Assembly (NCBI GenBank): GCA_963765495.1
Contig: CAVXWP010000008.1
Coordinates: 736,001 to 800,000 of the forward strand
Source of the DNA: Blastocatellia bacterium
Lineage (GTDB): Bacteria > Acidobacteriota > Blastocatellia > UBA7656
Direction of reading: 5' to 3'
Length of the DNA: 64,000 nucleotides
In this document: piece by piece, positions 40,472-50,925 of the stretch
How the letters are laid out: the number at the start of each line of letters is the position of its first letter
Numbering within the stretch: position 1 is the stretch's first letter
Translations under genes and position numbers: made by a program
Notes under the pieces: model-generated
Told to the model about the DNA's origin: nothing
Database searches by the model: none
Seen by the model: the letters and a program-made list of their open reading frames with translations, nothing else

Positions 40472-40671
40472 CGTCTTTCTCCTTTCACTGCCTTGTTTTT
40501 CTAAAGGGAATCTACTTGCCGCCTGGCAAGAGAGAATGAATGCCGACACTTTTTGTCCATGAATCAGGTAACAATGGGGCGCTTCATTCCGAACCGGGTG
40601 AGCGGTCCTCTATTTGATTTGCTCGCCATGCCTCAACCTTAATCCCAGCCCTCTTGATTTGTCAATCCGGG

Positions 40672-41469
40672 TTAGGGTTTACGAACCGGAAAGGCGGGAG
40701 CTAAATCCGAAAGGGTCTCGTTCGGCAAGTAAACGACTCGTTCGAGAAACAACCCCGATGGCGGGGCCGTGTGCCGGGCCACATCAAAAACTCGTTTTTC
40801 CTTCCCGTCAGGCTCAAGCAGGGCGGCGAAATCGTCTGCGCTCAATGCGCCTCTCCCAACTTCAACGAGTGTGCCTACGATTCGTCGAACCATCTTCCAT
40901 AAGAAATGCGAAGCCTCGATCCGAAAGAGCAAAAGGTTTCCGTCCTCTGCAAGCACCGTCTGATTTACCCTCACCAACGTAGACGCTTCTCCCTCGCGGT
41001 GTTCGGAAAAAATCTTGAAGTCATGCATCCCAATCAGTGCCTGCGAGGCCAAAAGCATCTGTTGCATATCGAGCCTATCTCTGACCCACCATACAAATCG
41101 TTTTGCAAATGCAGTGCGGCGAGTCGAAATCTGGTAAAGATAACAACGTCTGAGCGCGTCCCTTCGAGGATCAAAATTCGGATTGGCCTCTTCGGCTTTC
41201 AGTATATCGATGTCGGCAGGCAAACGGTCATTCAGGTTTCGTACCAGATCGCTCCCGCGTACGCTCTTCTTAAATCGCAGTCGGGCTACCTGCGCCAATG
41301 CGTGCACGCCGGAATCGGTCCTGCCCGCGCCCGAAACGTCGACCGGCCCTCCAAGAAAATCTATCGAGGCCCGGCGCAGTTCTCCCGCAACGGTCCGGGC
41401 GTTTTTCTGCTCCTGCCATCCGTGATAACGCGTCCCCTCATACTCAACAGTTACTTTCCAGGTAGGCAA
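40672..41469 (-). CDS. truA: tRNA pseudouridine(38-40) synthase
   Basis: YEGTRYHGWQ, GRTDSGVHA, FLWKMVRRIVG, TAPPSGLFL; TTG start. Confidence 0.93.
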   Translation of the reverse strand: MPTWKVTVEYEGTRYHGWQEQKNARTVAGELRRASIDFLGGPVDVSGAGRTDSGVHALAQVARLRFKKSVRGSDLVRNLNDRLPADIDILKAEEANPNFDPRRDALRRCYLYQISTRRTAFAKRFVWWVRDRLDMQQMLLASQALIGMHDFKIFSEHREGEASTLVRVNQTVLAEDGNLLLFRIEASHFLWKMVRRIVGTLVEVGRGALSADDFAALLEPDGKEKRVFDVARHTAPPSGLFLERVVYLPNETLSDLAPAFPVRKP

Positions 41470-41560
41470 TTTTTGGTTCTCCAGGACTCAGCTTGCTTGA
41501 TCATCCCCTTTATGTCAATCGAAATGGCCCTCTTTTTCACTCGCGCTTATTAGAAAGTGG

Positions 41561-41589
41561 TTGACAGAACCAATTTGCCAGTATAATAT
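41561..41589 (+). promoter_or_regulatory. Sigma70-type promoter of the lrp operon
   Basis: TTGACA at 41561 followed by TATAAT (15-nt spacer) or TAATAT (17-nt spacer). Confidence 0.55.
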
Positions 41590-41626
41590 AAGTCTTGTTT
41601 GAATTTTCCTGTTATATCTCACCATT

Positions 41627-42118
41627 ATGCGATTTGATCAGATAGATTATAATATTCTAGACCTGTTACAGCAGGACGCTCGAATGACCCAGATGGAGAT
41701 AGCAACCGAGGTGGGTTTATCGCAGCCAGCCGTGGCCGAGCGGATGCGCAAGCTCGAACATCACGGCATAATCACGGGTTACGCGGCGCAGGTCAATGCG
41801 CGACTACTCGGGAAAGGTATCACTGCCTTTATCGGCGTAGCCATAGAGCATCCAAGTTACAGCAAGGAATTTTCGGAAAAGATATTAGAGATACCCGATA
41901 TCCTGGAATGCCACAGGGTAACGGGGAATGATTCTTATCTGCTGAAGGTAAAATCTGAAACGACGGAGAGTCTGGACAGGCTCATCTCCGGGGTGCGTTC
42001 GATTCCGGGTGTAACCCGAACGCTGACAACCATAGTCTTATCGTCGGTCAAGGAGGGAATGCGTGTTGAGCCGATAATAAAGCTCGAAGACCAGAATAAG
42101 AAACCTAATACGGGCTAG
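41627..42118 (+). CDS. Lrp/AsnC family regulator
   Basis: DQIDYNIL..LQQDAR, VGLSQPAVAERMRKLE, ECHRVTG.DSYLLKV. Confidence 0.95.
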   Translation: MRFDQIDYNILDLLQQDARMTQMEIATEVGLSQPAVAERMRKLEHHGIITGYAAQVNARLLGKGITAFIGVAIEHPSYSKEFSEKILEIPDILECHRVTGNDSYLLKVKSETTESLDRLISGVRSIPGVTRTLTTIVLSSVKEGMRVEPIIKLEDQNKKPNTG

Positions 42119-42157
42119 CCGTTGGGTCAGTCCACAGCCTGAAAAAGGAGCAAATTG

Positions 42158-43417
42158 ATGGAAGCACGAAAGATGATTCAGAATGTAAGGAATATTTCGG
42201 AACCTGCGAAAGTGGCTGAAAAGATTAGCCGGGCTCCGGGATACCGCTTTGCGCGAAGAGTATCGAAGACGAGAGCCTCTGCTGTTCGCGAAATTCTGAA
42301 GGTCACCGAGAGGCCGGACATCATCTCTTTTGCAGGCGGATTGCCTGCGCCGGAGCTTTTTCCTGTGGAGCAACTCGGCAAAGCACACGCCGATATTTTC
42401 CGAGAAGAGGGCGCGGCGGCTATGCAATACAGCACGACCGAAGGCTGGCGACCGCTCAGAGAGTGGATTGCCGGGCGATTGCAGACAAGAGGCATAAAGG
42501 CCAATGCCGATCAGGTGCTGATTACAAGCGGTTCGCAACAGGGCATCAATCTGATGTCAAAGATTTTTATCGAGCCGGGCGACGCGGTTGTAGTAGAAAA
42601 TCCATGTTATCTTGCCGCTTTACAGGCATTCAACAGCTTCGAGGCTTCCTTTGTCACCCTTGAGAGCGACGGCTCCGGGATGCGACTGGATCATCTTGAA
42701 AACGCGATTGCCGAAACAAGCCCCAAATTTATTTATGTGGTCTCGAATTTTCATAATCCGAAAGGAACTACCCTATCGCTTGAGAGAAGAAAGCAATTAA
42801 TCGAGATTTCGAGGCGGTATCGAGTTCCAATTCTTGAGGATGACCCATACGGCGAACTGAGGTATTCGGGAGAGCGGATCACCCCGCTTGCCGCTCTCGA
42901 TAAAGACGAACTTGTAGTCTACCTTAGCACATTCTCGAAAACCCTGAGCCCCGGCATGCGGATTGGATGGGCCTACGCGCCGAAAGGAATCTTTCAGGCT
43001 ATGGTCTCCACAAAGCAGGCCACCGACCTTCACACAAGCACCATACAGCAGAGGGCGGCGGCACGGATGCTTTCCTCATTCGATTTCGATTCTCATCTCG
43101 AACGGCTTCGTACGGTATACGGCGAGCGTTGTCGAGCGATGCTTAAAGCAATGGAAAAATATTTCCCGACAGAGGTCAGATGGACAAAACCAAACGGGGG
43201 AATGTTTATCTGGGTAGAGTTGCCCGAATCTCTAAATGGAGAAGCGATTCTTGCGGAGGCGCTTGAGGACCACGTAGCCTTTGTGCCCGGCAGTGCTTTC
43301 TTTGCCCGAGCCCGGTGCGAGAATTTCATCAGGCTCAATTTTTCAAATCGCCCGCCCGATATTATCGAAGAAGGTATCAGGCGAATAGGCAATCTGCTGA
43401 AAAGGAAGATTCAATGA
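42158..43417 (+). CDS. PLP-dependent aminotransferase class I (LysN/2-aminoadipate-like)
   Basis: SAVREILK, ISFAGGLP, EDDPY, TFSKTLSPGMRIG, IRLNFS. Confidence 0.9.
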   Translation: MEARKMIQNVRNISEPAKVAEKISRAPGYRFARRVSKTRASAVREILKVTERPDIISFAGGLPAPELFPVEQLGKAHADIFREEGAAAMQYSTTEGWRPLREWIAGRLQTRGIKANADQVLITSGSQQGINLMSKIFIEPGDAVVVENPCYLAALQAFNSFEASFVTLESDGSGMRLDHLENAIAETSPKFIYVVSNFHNPKGTTLSLERRKQLIEISRRYRVPILEDDPYGELRYSGERITPLAALDKDELVVYLSTFSKTLSPGMRIGWAYAPKGIFQAMVSTKQATDLHTSTIQQRAAARMLSSFDFDSHLERLRTVYGERCRAMLKAMEKYFPTEVRWTKPNGGMFIWVELPESLNGEAILAEALEDHVAFVPGSAFFARARCENFIRLNFSNRPPDIIEEGIRRIGNLLKRKIQ

Positions 43418-44331
43418 AGCCAGCAAAATTCATTATCGCCGATGTGTTCACCGAAAAGCTTTTCGGTGGTAATCAGCTAGCCGTTTTCACCGACGGTCGG
43501 GGTATTGATGACGCCACGATGCAAGACATCGCGCGCGAGATGAACTATTCGGAGACCACCTTTATCCTTCCAGCCGAAAGCGGAGGCGATTACCGCGTAA
43601 GGATTTTCACGCCTATGCGCGAGCTTCCCTTCGCAGGCCATCCGCTTGTGGGCTCGGCTCATGTGCTTGTATCCGAGCGCATGAAAGAGTGGACCATACC
43701 GGGTACTTCGATCACGCTCGAAACCGGCGTTGGAAACATCCTGGCCGAAGTGAAGATTGAAGATGATCGAGCGGGTCACACGACGATGACTCAACCTCTG
43801 CCGACTGTTAAGGGGCAATTTACCGACACGGCCAGGCTCGCTCGGGCGCTGACGCTTGCGCCTTCCGACATTGAAGGAACCGGCTTCCCGGTCGAAGCTA
43901 TTTATAACGGAATTACGGTCTTAATCGTGCCTGTCGCAACTCTTCAAGCCGTCGAAACAATAAAGCTCGAATCAAGTGCGCTCGGAGGGATCAGCGAAGA
44001 AATGGGAGCCGATACCGTTCTGGTCTTCGCCTCCGAAACGCTTCGGGAATCGAGCACAGTTCATTGCCGGGTTTTCGCACCCGCCGCAGGGGTCGCGGAA
44101 GACGCGGCCACAGGCTCCGCAAACGGGCCGTTAGGGTTTTATCTCGTCCGACATGGAATCGTCGAGCCAAAGCCTGTGACCCAAATCATCAGCGAACAGG
44201 GATTCGAGATGAAACGGCCAAGCATCCTGCACATCGAAGTTAAGATGGACCCCAACTCAAAAGATATTACAGGCATCCGTGTTGGCGGCGGCGTTGTCAT
44301 CTCCGGTCGGGGCGAAATTCTGCTTTCATAG
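43414..44331 (+). CDS. PhzF-family isomerase
   Basis: DVFT..FGGNQLAV, SETTF, ELPFAGHP, EDAATGSA, QGFEMKRPS; ATGA overlap. Confidence 0.93.
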   Translation: MKPAKFIIADVFTEKLFGGNQLAVFTDGRGIDDATMQDIAREMNYSETTFILPAESGGDYRVRIFTPMRELPFAGHPLVGSAHVLVSERMKEWTIPGTSITLETGVGNILAEVKIEDDRAGHTTMTQPLPTVKGQFTDTARLARALTLAPSDIEGTGFPVEAIYNGITVLIVPVATLQAVETIKLESSALGGISEEMGADTVLVFASETLRESSTVHCRVFAPAAGVAEDAATGSANGPLGFYLVRHGIVEPKPVTQIISEQGFEMKRPSILHIEVKMDPNSKDITGIRVGGGVVISGRGEILLS

Positions 44332-44381
44332 CCTCTTTGCTTTTTGTCATCCGGTCATTACCATATCAAATGGAGGTAGAG

Positions 44382-44891
44382 ATGACTGCAAGCGATATTG
44401 TGACGCTCTACGATTACGGGTACTGGGCCAATCGCAAGCTGATGGCTACGATCAGCCGCCTGAGCGAGGAAGAGTTCACAGGCAAGCCCCTCGGGGCAGA
44501 CAAATCGATTCGGACTCTGCTTGTGCACATATTAAGCGCCGAGTGGGGCTGGTTTGCCCGGTGCGGCGGTCCTGAACGCGACCAACGTCTGCTGCCCGAA
44601 GACTTCCCTTCCCTGGAATCAATTCAAAAGCAATGGAGCAAGATTGAAACCAGCCTGCGCAGCTTTCTTTCAGAGCTTGAGGACAGCGACCTCAACCGCG
44701 TTGTAACATACGCGCTTGATGAAAAGGAGAACCTCGAGATGCCGCTTGGCGAGATATTACAACACGCGGCAAATCATGCGGTGCATCACAGGGGGCAAAT
44801 AAGTTTGATGCTCAGAACTCTCGGTTATAATCCGGAGGGAATAGATATACTTCTGTACTATGGCGAAAAACGTGGCACCCCGGTATGGTAA
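44382..44891 (+). CDS. DinB family protein
   Basis: YGYWAN, SIRTLLVH, HAANHAVHHRGQ. Confidence 0.92.
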   Translation: MTASDIVTLYDYGYWANRKLMATISRLSEEEFTGKPLGADKSIRTLLVHILSAEWGWFARCGGPERDQRLLPEDFPSLESIQKQWSKIETSLRSFLSELEDSDLNRVVTYALDEKENLEMPLGEILQHAANHAVHHRGQISLMLRTLGYNPEGIDILLYYGEKRGTPVW

Positions 44892-44945
44892 TGTGTTTCT
44901 GGAGTGGGATTATTGCGGCGAAATTTTTTGATTGGAGTAAAGAAG

Positions 44946-45827
44946 ATGGCTGACAACTTGATTCGATTGAAGACGGGACTGGCTGAGATGCTGAAAGGCG
45001 GAGTCATAATGGATGTGACCGATGCCGATCAATCACGCATAGCCGAAGAAGCCGGGGCCGTGGCAGTAATGGCGCTTGAACGGGTTCCCGCCGATATTCG
45101 CGCAGAAGGCGGTGTAGCTCGGATGGCATCTCCAAGAAAGATTCGAGAGATCATGAAGGCGGTCTCCATCCCCGTGATGGCAAAGGTTCGAATCGGTCAT
45201 TTCGTCGAGGCGCAGGTGCTTGAAGCGATGGGCGTTGATTTCATAGATGAGAGCGAAGTGCTGACCCCTGCCGACGAAGAACATCACGTGGACAAGCATA
45301 AGTTCAAGGTTCCATTCGTCTGCGGCGCTCGAAACCTCGGAGAGGCTTTGCGCCGGATAGGTGAAGGCGCGGCGATGATTCGCACAAAAGGCGAGGCAGG
45401 ATCGGGAAACATTGTCGAAGCGGTGCGACATCTTCGGCGAATCACTCACGAAATCAAGCGCCTTACTATACTTGGCGATGAGGAGTTGATGGCAGAGGCC
45501 AAGAATCTCGGAGCCCCTTACGAGATCGTGAGAATGGTGGCCCGCGAGGGGCGATTGCCGGTCCCGAATTTCGCAGCGGGCGGAGTGGCCACACCAGCCG
45601 ATGCTGCTCTCTGCATGCAGCTTGGCGCGGAATCGGTCTTCGTAGGCTCGGGGATATTCAAGTCATCGGACCCGGCGGTGCGCGCCCGCGCAATCGTCAA
45701 AGCGACCACGCATTATAACGATCCGAAAGCGGTCCTCGAAGCAAGCGAGGAGCTTGGCGAGGCGATGCGCGGGCTCGATGTTTCAAAGCTTGAAGACAGC
45801 GAGCTATTGCAAACTCGCGGATGGTGA
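44946..45827 (+). CDS. pdxS: PLP synthase lyase subunit
   Basis: [44 protein letters not shown] end. Confidence 0.98.
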   Translation: MADNLIRLKTGLAEMLKGGVIMDVTDADQSRIAEEAGAVAVMALERVPADIRAEGGVARMASPRKIREIMKAVSIPVMAKVRIGHFVEAQVLEAMGVDFIDESEVLTPADEEHHVDKHKFKVPFVCGARNLGEALRRIGEGAAMIRTKGEAGSGNIVEAVRHLRRITHEIKRLTILGDEELMAEAKNLGAPYEIVRMVAREGRLPVPNFAAGGVATPADAALCMQLGAESVFVGSGIFKSSDPAVRARAIVKATTHYNDPKAVLEASEELGEAMRGLDVSKLEDSELLQTRGW

Positions 45828-45830
45828 ACC

Positions 45831-45984
45831 GATTTTAGATTTTGGATTTTAGATTTTGGATTTTAGATTTTGGATTGTTAGTAATGGATTAAAGACTTTG
45901 ATTTGATACCCAATCCAGAATCTAAATCAGCGAAGTGCATGTCGCGCCACGAAAATCCAAAATCTAAAATCTAAAATCCAAAAT
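45831..45984. repeat. Inverted pair of heptamer arrays (GATTTTR)6 / (AAAATCY)4
   Basis: Arrays at 45831-45876 and 45952-45984 span the pdxS-pdxT gap; the second abuts the pdxT ATG. Confidence 0.93.
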
Positions 45985-46554
45985 ATGAAGATTGGTGTAG
46001 TCGCAATACAGGGAGATTTTGCAGCGCATGGGCGGATGCTTTCGCGGCTAGGTGTAGACGTAGCGGAGGTGCGCCGCGCAAGCGATCTCGATGGTGTAGA
46101 AGGCTTGATTTTACCGGGGGGAGAAAGCTCTACGATGCTGAAGTTCCTCGCGGCCGAAGATTTGGAACAGCCTATAAAGGAACTGGCCGGGGCCGGAAAG
46201 CCCGTCTTTGGAACGTGCGCGGGGGCGATCCTGCTTGCCCGCGAGGCGATCAACCCGTCACAGCATTCGATGGACTTGATCGACATCACCGTGGCTCGTA
46301 ATGCCTATGGCAGACAGGTAGACAGCTTTATCGGCGAAGTGGAAACCGTGATAAAGGGCGGCCCGCTCGAAGCCGTATTCATTCGCGCGCCGAGGATCGA
46401 GCGAGTCGGCCCGGAGGTCGAAGTGCTGGCAAGAAATGAAGGCGAGCCGGTTTTCGTCAGACAGGCCAATATACTGGCAGCAACCTTTCATCCTGAACTC
46501 TCGGATGACGAGCGAGCACACAGGTTGTTTGTCGAACTGGCACAAAGAGTCTGA
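45985..46554 (+). CDS. pdxT: PLP synthase glutaminase subunit
   Basis: GVVAIQG, PGGESST, FGTCAG, RNAYGRQ, FIRAP, FHPEL. Confidence 0.97.
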   Translation: MKIGVVAIQGDFAAHGRMLSRLGVDVAEVRRASDLDGVEGLILPGGESSTMLKFLAAEDLEQPIKELAGAGKPVFGTCAGAILLAREAINPSQHSMDLIDITVARNAYGRQVDSFIGEVETVIKGGPLEAVFIRAPRIERVGPEVEVLARNEGEPVFVRQANILAATFHPELSDDERAHRLFVELAQRV

Positions 46555-46578
46555 TCGTCTTATTCTCAGAAGAAAAGT

Positions 46579-47037
46579 GTGGAAATACGTGATTACAGCG
46601 CCAGTGATTTTGAAACACTCTACGAGATCGACCACGAGGCTTTTTCAGAGGATATCGCATATTCTCACCTTGAGTTGCAATACTATCTGCGGTCGAGAAA
46701 ATGCCGCACGCTGATCGCCGAAGACGATAAAGAGATAATCGGCTTTGTTATCGCCTGCTCCGAACCTCGCAAACTTGGACATATCATAACTATTGATGTC
46801 ACACCTCATCGCCAGCGGCAGCACATAGGCAGCCGTTTGCTTTCAGAAATAGAATCCTGGCTATGGGAAAAAGGAGCGCAGGCGATCTATCTGGAAACGC
46901 CCGTCGATGATCTTGGAGCGCGAGGTTTTTACGACAGGCACGGGTATTTTATCCTCGATCGTATCGAAGGCTATTACACCGATACGCTCGATGCCTTCGT
47001 CATGATGAAGACTACAAAGAGGTCGAATCCCGCGTAA
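46579..47037 (+). CDS. GNAT acetyltransferase (RimI-like)
   Basis: HIITIDV.P..QRQHIG, YLET, FYDRHGY, GYY..DAFVM. Confidence 0.85.
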   Translation: MEIRDYSASDFETLYEIDHEAFSEDIAYSHLELQYYLRSRKCRTLIAEDDKEIIGFVIACSEPRKLGHIITIDVTPHRQRQHIGSRLLSEIESWLWEKGAQAIYLETPVDDLGARGFYDRHGYFILDRIEGYYTDTLDAFVMMKTTKRSNPA

Positions 47038-47105
47038 AGTGGCGCAGGTTCGATGCGTTGATCACCTGGATACGCCCGAACGCTTCAGCTATCCTTCATG
47101 TCACA

Positions 47106-47798
47106 ATGTATCAGGCAAATTCGAATGAACATTTGACGCCTACTCAGACCATAGAGTCCGCTCATCCCGATATTATTGCATTCACTCGCCAGCATGCCGG
47201 AGATTCTCAAACGAGCATCGAGCAGGCGGTGAGGCTCTATTACGCGGTGAGGGATGGCGTTCGATACGATCCTTATAGAATCGCCCTCACAATTCCGGGG
47301 ATGAAGGCGAGCGCGACACTCGCTCATAAGCATGGATGGTGCGTTTCAAAGGCCGTACTGCTCGCAGCGTGTTGCAGGTCAACCGGCATCCCGGCCAGGC
47401 TCGGATTCGCCGATGTCAGGAATCATCTCTCCACCGAACGGCTGAGACGACGAATGGCAACCGATATATTTTTCTGGCACGGGTATACAGAGATGTTTCT
47501 GGGCGAGAAATGGGTAAAGGCGACCCCGGCATTCAACATCGAATTATGCGAAAAATTCCGCCTGCTGCCGTTGGAATTTGACGGTCGCAGCGACTCGCTT
47601 TACCATCCATTTGATGCGGACGGGCATCGGCACATGGAGTATGTAAATCATCGCGGCGTATATTCAGATTTGCCGCTCGATGAAATCATCGCGACCTTTG
47701 AACAGGAATACAAATTCGCCCGATCAAGGTCCGAACTTGATGAAGCAAGCTTTGATGCCGATGTCGTAAGAGAAACGGAAAGCAGGGTGGGTCTGTGA
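47106..47798 (+). CDS. Transglutaminase-like protein
   Basis: VRDGVRYDPY, GWCVSKAVLLAA, VRNHL, WHGY, KWVKATPAF. Confidence 0.88.
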   Translation: MYQANSNEHLTPTQTIESAHPDIIAFTRQHAGDSQTSIEQAVRLYYAVRDGVRYDPYRIALTIPGMKASATLAHKHGWCVSKAVLLAACCRSTGIPARLGFADVRNHLSTERLRRRMATDIFFWHGYTEMFLGEKWVKATPAFNIELCEKFRLLPLEFDGRSDSLYHPFDADGHRHMEYVNHRGVYSDLPLDEIIATFEQEYKFARSRSELDEASFDADVVRETESRVGL

Positions 47799-47861
47799 TT
47801 GCAGGTGTCAGTGATTAGCGCAGTACAGCAGAAAACCATATATCAAAGGAGCCCTTCGTCC

Positions 47862-48785
47862 ATGAATCATTTGATTGATCGTCGCAAATTCTTGAAGATT
47901 TCTGCCCAGACTACAACGGGTCTTGCGCTTGCCGGACTGGCCGGCGAGGCGTTTACGTCTGGAAAAGCCAAACCGTTGTTTCAGATTTCACTGGCTGAAT
48001 GGTCATTCCACAAGGCGTTGTTTTCAAAGCAGATGGATAACCTCGACTTTGCAAAAGTGGCCAAACAGGACTACGGCATTGATGCGGTCGAGTACGTCAA
48101 TCAGTTCTTTCCAGACAAGGCCACCGATAAAACTTATCTGGCCGAACTGAAAAAACGCGCTAAAGACAACGGAGTCGAGAGCCGCCTGATAATGATTGAC
48201 GGCGAGGGCGCGCTCGGCGACCCCGATGAGATGAAACGCACCCGCGCTGTCGAGAACCATTACAAATGGGTAGATGCGGCCAAATACCTCGGGTGCTTCT
48301 GCATTCGCGTCAACGCTCAAAGCTCCGGTCCTTATGAGGAGCAGATAAAGCTTGCGGCCGACGGGCTCAGAAGGCTCACCGAGTTCGGCGCAAAGCAAAA
48401 GATCAGCGTTATCGTAGAGAACCACGGAGGGTTGTCATCGAATGGAGAATGGCTCGCGGCTGTGATGAAGAGGGTAAATCATCCGCGATGTGGAACCCTG
48501 CCCGACTTCGGCAATTTTGAACTTGGCGACGGAAAAGAGTACGACCGATACAAAGGGGTCAAAGAGATGATGCCCTTTGCAAAAGCCGTCAGCGCGAAAT
48601 CGTTCGATTTTGACGAACAGGGAAACGAAACACTTATAGACTATCCGCGAATGATGAAAATAGTTATGGACGCGGGCTTTCACAGCTACGTAGGGATCGA
48701 ATACGAAGGAGACAGAATGAGCGAACCGGATGGGGTTCGGGCCACAAAGAGGCTGCTTGAACGCATACGCAACGAGATGGCCTGA
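47862..48785 (+). CDS. Tat-exported sugar phosphate isomerase/epimerase (TIM barrel)
   Basis: DRRKFLK Tat motif; ENHGG, LPDFGNF, SAKS, GIEYEG. Confidence 0.9.
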   Translation: MNHLIDRRKFLKISAQTTTGLALAGLAGEAFTSGKAKPLFQISLAEWSFHKALFSKQMDNLDFAKVAKQDYGIDAVEYVNQFFPDKATDKTYLAELKKRAKDNGVESRLIMIDGEGALGDPDEMKRTRAVENHYKWVDAAKYLGCFCIRVNAQSSGPYEEQIKLAADGLRRLTEFGAKQKISVIVENHGGLSSNGEWLAAVMKRVNHPRCGTLPDFGNFELGDGKEYDRYKGVKEMMPFAKAVSAKSFDFDEQGNETLIDYPRMMKIVMDAGFHSYVGIEYEGDRMSEPDGVRATKRLLERIRNEMA

Positions 48786-48838
48786 ATCCGAGATTGCACA
48801 ACATCCGGCTAAATCGGAATCAAATGCTGGAGGAAAGA

Positions 48839-49303
48839 ATGATGAAGTCCATACGAATAGTCTCTGTCATGCTACTGGTTCAGATCGCAGTTTTTGCCCA
48901 GAGCGCGGAGGACGTGATCAAGACAAAGACTGATAAGTTCACCAAAGCGATTGTTTCGAAGGACCTCTCGATTCTCGATGATGTTTTCGAGAAGGATGCA
49001 GATAATATCTATTACGATATTAACGAGGGCCCCCTTCGCGGATTTGACAGACTGAAGCGCGTTTGGAGCGCCGCCACGAGTAACTACACCATCTCTCGAT
49101 TCGAATTCAATGATGATATGAAGGTGATAGTTGACGGTGATCACGCGGTGCAAACCGGAACATGGATTCAGACCCAGGTAAACAAGTCGGGCCAGAGCCG
49201 TGACATAAAGGGCCGGGCCACTGTGCTATGGCGCAAACGCGATGGAGAGTGGCGCGTGTGGCATTATCACGCCTCGATCACACCCGCTCGAATGCAAAGA
49301 TAA
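48839..49303 (+). CDS. Exported SnoaL/NTF2-like protein
   Basis: Signal peptide; GRATVLWRKRDGEWRVWHYHAS C-terminus. Confidence 0.85.
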   Translation: MMKSIRIVSVMLLVQIAVFAQSAEDVIKTKTDKFTKAIVSKDLSILDDVFEKDADNIYYDINEGPLRGFDRLKRVWSAATSNYTISRFEFNDDMKVIVDGDHAVQTGTWIQTQVNKSGQSRDIKGRATVLWRKRDGEWRVWHYHASITPARMQR

Positions 49304-49338
49304 GCGGGCATCCAAACATCGAAGGGAGATAATCGGGT

Positions 49339-50025
49339 ATGACGGAAGCAGAGGTATTAAAAGAGCTTGAGGCTCTTGGCACTGAGCAAAACAGAAAAGT
49401 ATACAGGCGGCATGGAGTGGAAGACGATATTTTTGGAGTCAGTTACGCCAACCTCGGAAAGCTCAAAAAGAAGATCAAGACCGATCACGATCTCGCGATC
49501 AGGCTCTGGGCGAGCGCAAATCACGATGCCCGCATATTTGCCACGATGATTGCGGACCCTTCTCTGCTCGACAACCGGGTGTTGGATAGCTGGGTAAAGG
49601 ACCTTGGTAATTACGTGCTGACGGATGCCTTCGCTAATCTGGCCGGTCAATCTCCGCTCGCGCAAAAGAAAATGGAGAAATGGACCACATCCCCAAAGGA
49701 ATGGATTGGGAGCGCAGGATGGGTGTTGCTTTCGACGCTCGCGCGCAACGAAAGCGATTTGCCGGACTCTTATTTTGAGCCTTACCTGGAAACGATTGAG
49801 CACGACATACATTCCAGCAAAAACAGGGTGAAGCACACCATGAACGCCGCGCTGATCGCTATAGGCTCCCGCAACACAGGGCTTGAGAAGAAGGCCCTTG
49901 CTACGGCCGGAAGAATCGGAAAGATTGAAATTGATCACGGAGATACCGGCTGTAAGACGCCGGACGTGGCAGAATACATCAGGAAAATTAAGGAACGAAA
50001 AAGCCGTAGCCGGAAGGCAGGCTAA
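49339..50025 (+). CDS. AlkD-like DNA alkylation repair protein
   Basis: FGVSYANLGKL.KKIK.DH.LA..LW; HEAT-like helices; DHGDTGCKTP. Confidence 0.85.
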   Translation: MTEAEVLKELEALGTEQNRKVYRRHGVEDDIFGVSYANLGKLKKKIKTDHDLAIRLWASANHDARIFATMIADPSLLDNRVLDSWVKDLGNYVLTDAFANLAGQSPLAQKKMEKWTTSPKEWIGSAGWVLLSTLARNESDLPDSYFEPYLETIEHDIHSSKNRVKHTMNAALIAIGSRNTGLEKKALATAGRIGKIEIDHGDTGCKTPDVAEYIRKIKERKSRSRKAG

Positions 50026-50040
50026 GAGGAAAACATTTTG

Positions 50041-50583
50041 ATGAACAAGAATACCGAAGTCGCAACTCTGGGCGGGGGATGTTTCTGGTGCCTTGAGGCT
50101 GTATTTCAAGATTTGCGTGGCGTTGAAGAGGTCGTATCCGGGTATGCAGGAGGCTCGGTTCCCAACCCGTCTTATCAGGAGGTATGCGGAGGAAGAACCG
50201 GGCATGCCGAGGTCGTGCAGGTTACTTTCGACCCGGAGGTCATCTCGTACAGGGAAGTTCTCGAAGCCTTTTTCGCCATCCACGATCCGACAACCTTGAA
50301 TCGCCAGGGGGCGGATGTCGGACCGCAATACAGGTCCGTGATCTTTTATCACTCGCCCGAGCAGAAGGCAGTCGCCGAACAGTTAATTCGAGAACTGAGC
50401 GAAGAAGGAATCTGGGGAAGCCCTATAGTGACAGAGATAACTGCCGCCCCGGCCTTTTATGCAGCCGAGCAGTATCATCAGCGATACTTCGAAAATAACC
50501 CGAATCAGCCGTACTGTCAGGCTGTAGTCGCTCCGAAGGTAGCAAAGTTTCGCAAACACCATCTGGAGAAACTCAAGAGATAA
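50041..50583 (+). CDS. msrA: Peptide methionine sulfoxide reductase A
   Basis: GGGCFWC, GHAE, HDPT.LNRQG.D.G.QYRS, AEQYHQRY, YC. Confidence 0.97.
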   Translation: MNKNTEVATLGGGCFWCLEAVFQDLRGVEEVVSGYAGGSVPNPSYQEVCGGRTGHAEVVQVTFDPEVISYREVLEAFFAIHDPTTLNRQGADVGPQYRSVIFYHSPEQKAVAEQLIRELSEEGIWGSPIVTEITAAPAFYAAEQYHQRYFENNPNQPYCQAVVAPKVAKFRKHHLEKLKR

Positions 50584-50702
50584 GCCTCTTGACAACATCT
50601 ATTTGAGATTCGAGCCTTGAAATCTCAGATCAGTTGAGCAGACCAGACTACAAGAGGCCGCAAAGACGCGAGGAGGCAACAAGATTCTGCATCTTTGCGG
50701 CC

Positions 50703-50925
50703 CAGGGCCATTCAGTTTTTGAATTGCGAGCAACATGCGTCAGACGGTTTGGCAAGTTATATTGAATGCAAGGCGAATTGAAATAGGCCGGGACGGACGC
50801 GGATCGGGCGGATCTACGCGGATCTGACAATATATGATTTAATCCGCGAAAATCCGCCGCATCCGCGTCCGTCCCGGCCTATTCCCCTTTTCCTATGCTA
50901 CATTTTGGAAAACTGAATGGCCCTG
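50703..50925. mobile_element. 223-bp MITE (copy 4, type-B ends) with 17-bp TIRs and 10-bp TSD
   Basis: TIRs CAGGGCCATTCAGTTTT (50703-50719) / AAAACTGAATGGCCCTG (50909-50925); direct repeat CTTTGCGGCC at 50693-50702 and 50926-50935; inner palindrome 50782-50883. Confidence 0.88.

Noticed and set aside
49357-50352. 331-aa minus-strand ORF (likewise 26708-27529, 2872-3501, 40906-41553)
   Set aside because: Antisense shadows of well-supported genes (alkD-like/msrA, folC, pspA-like, truA) with no recognisable motifs.
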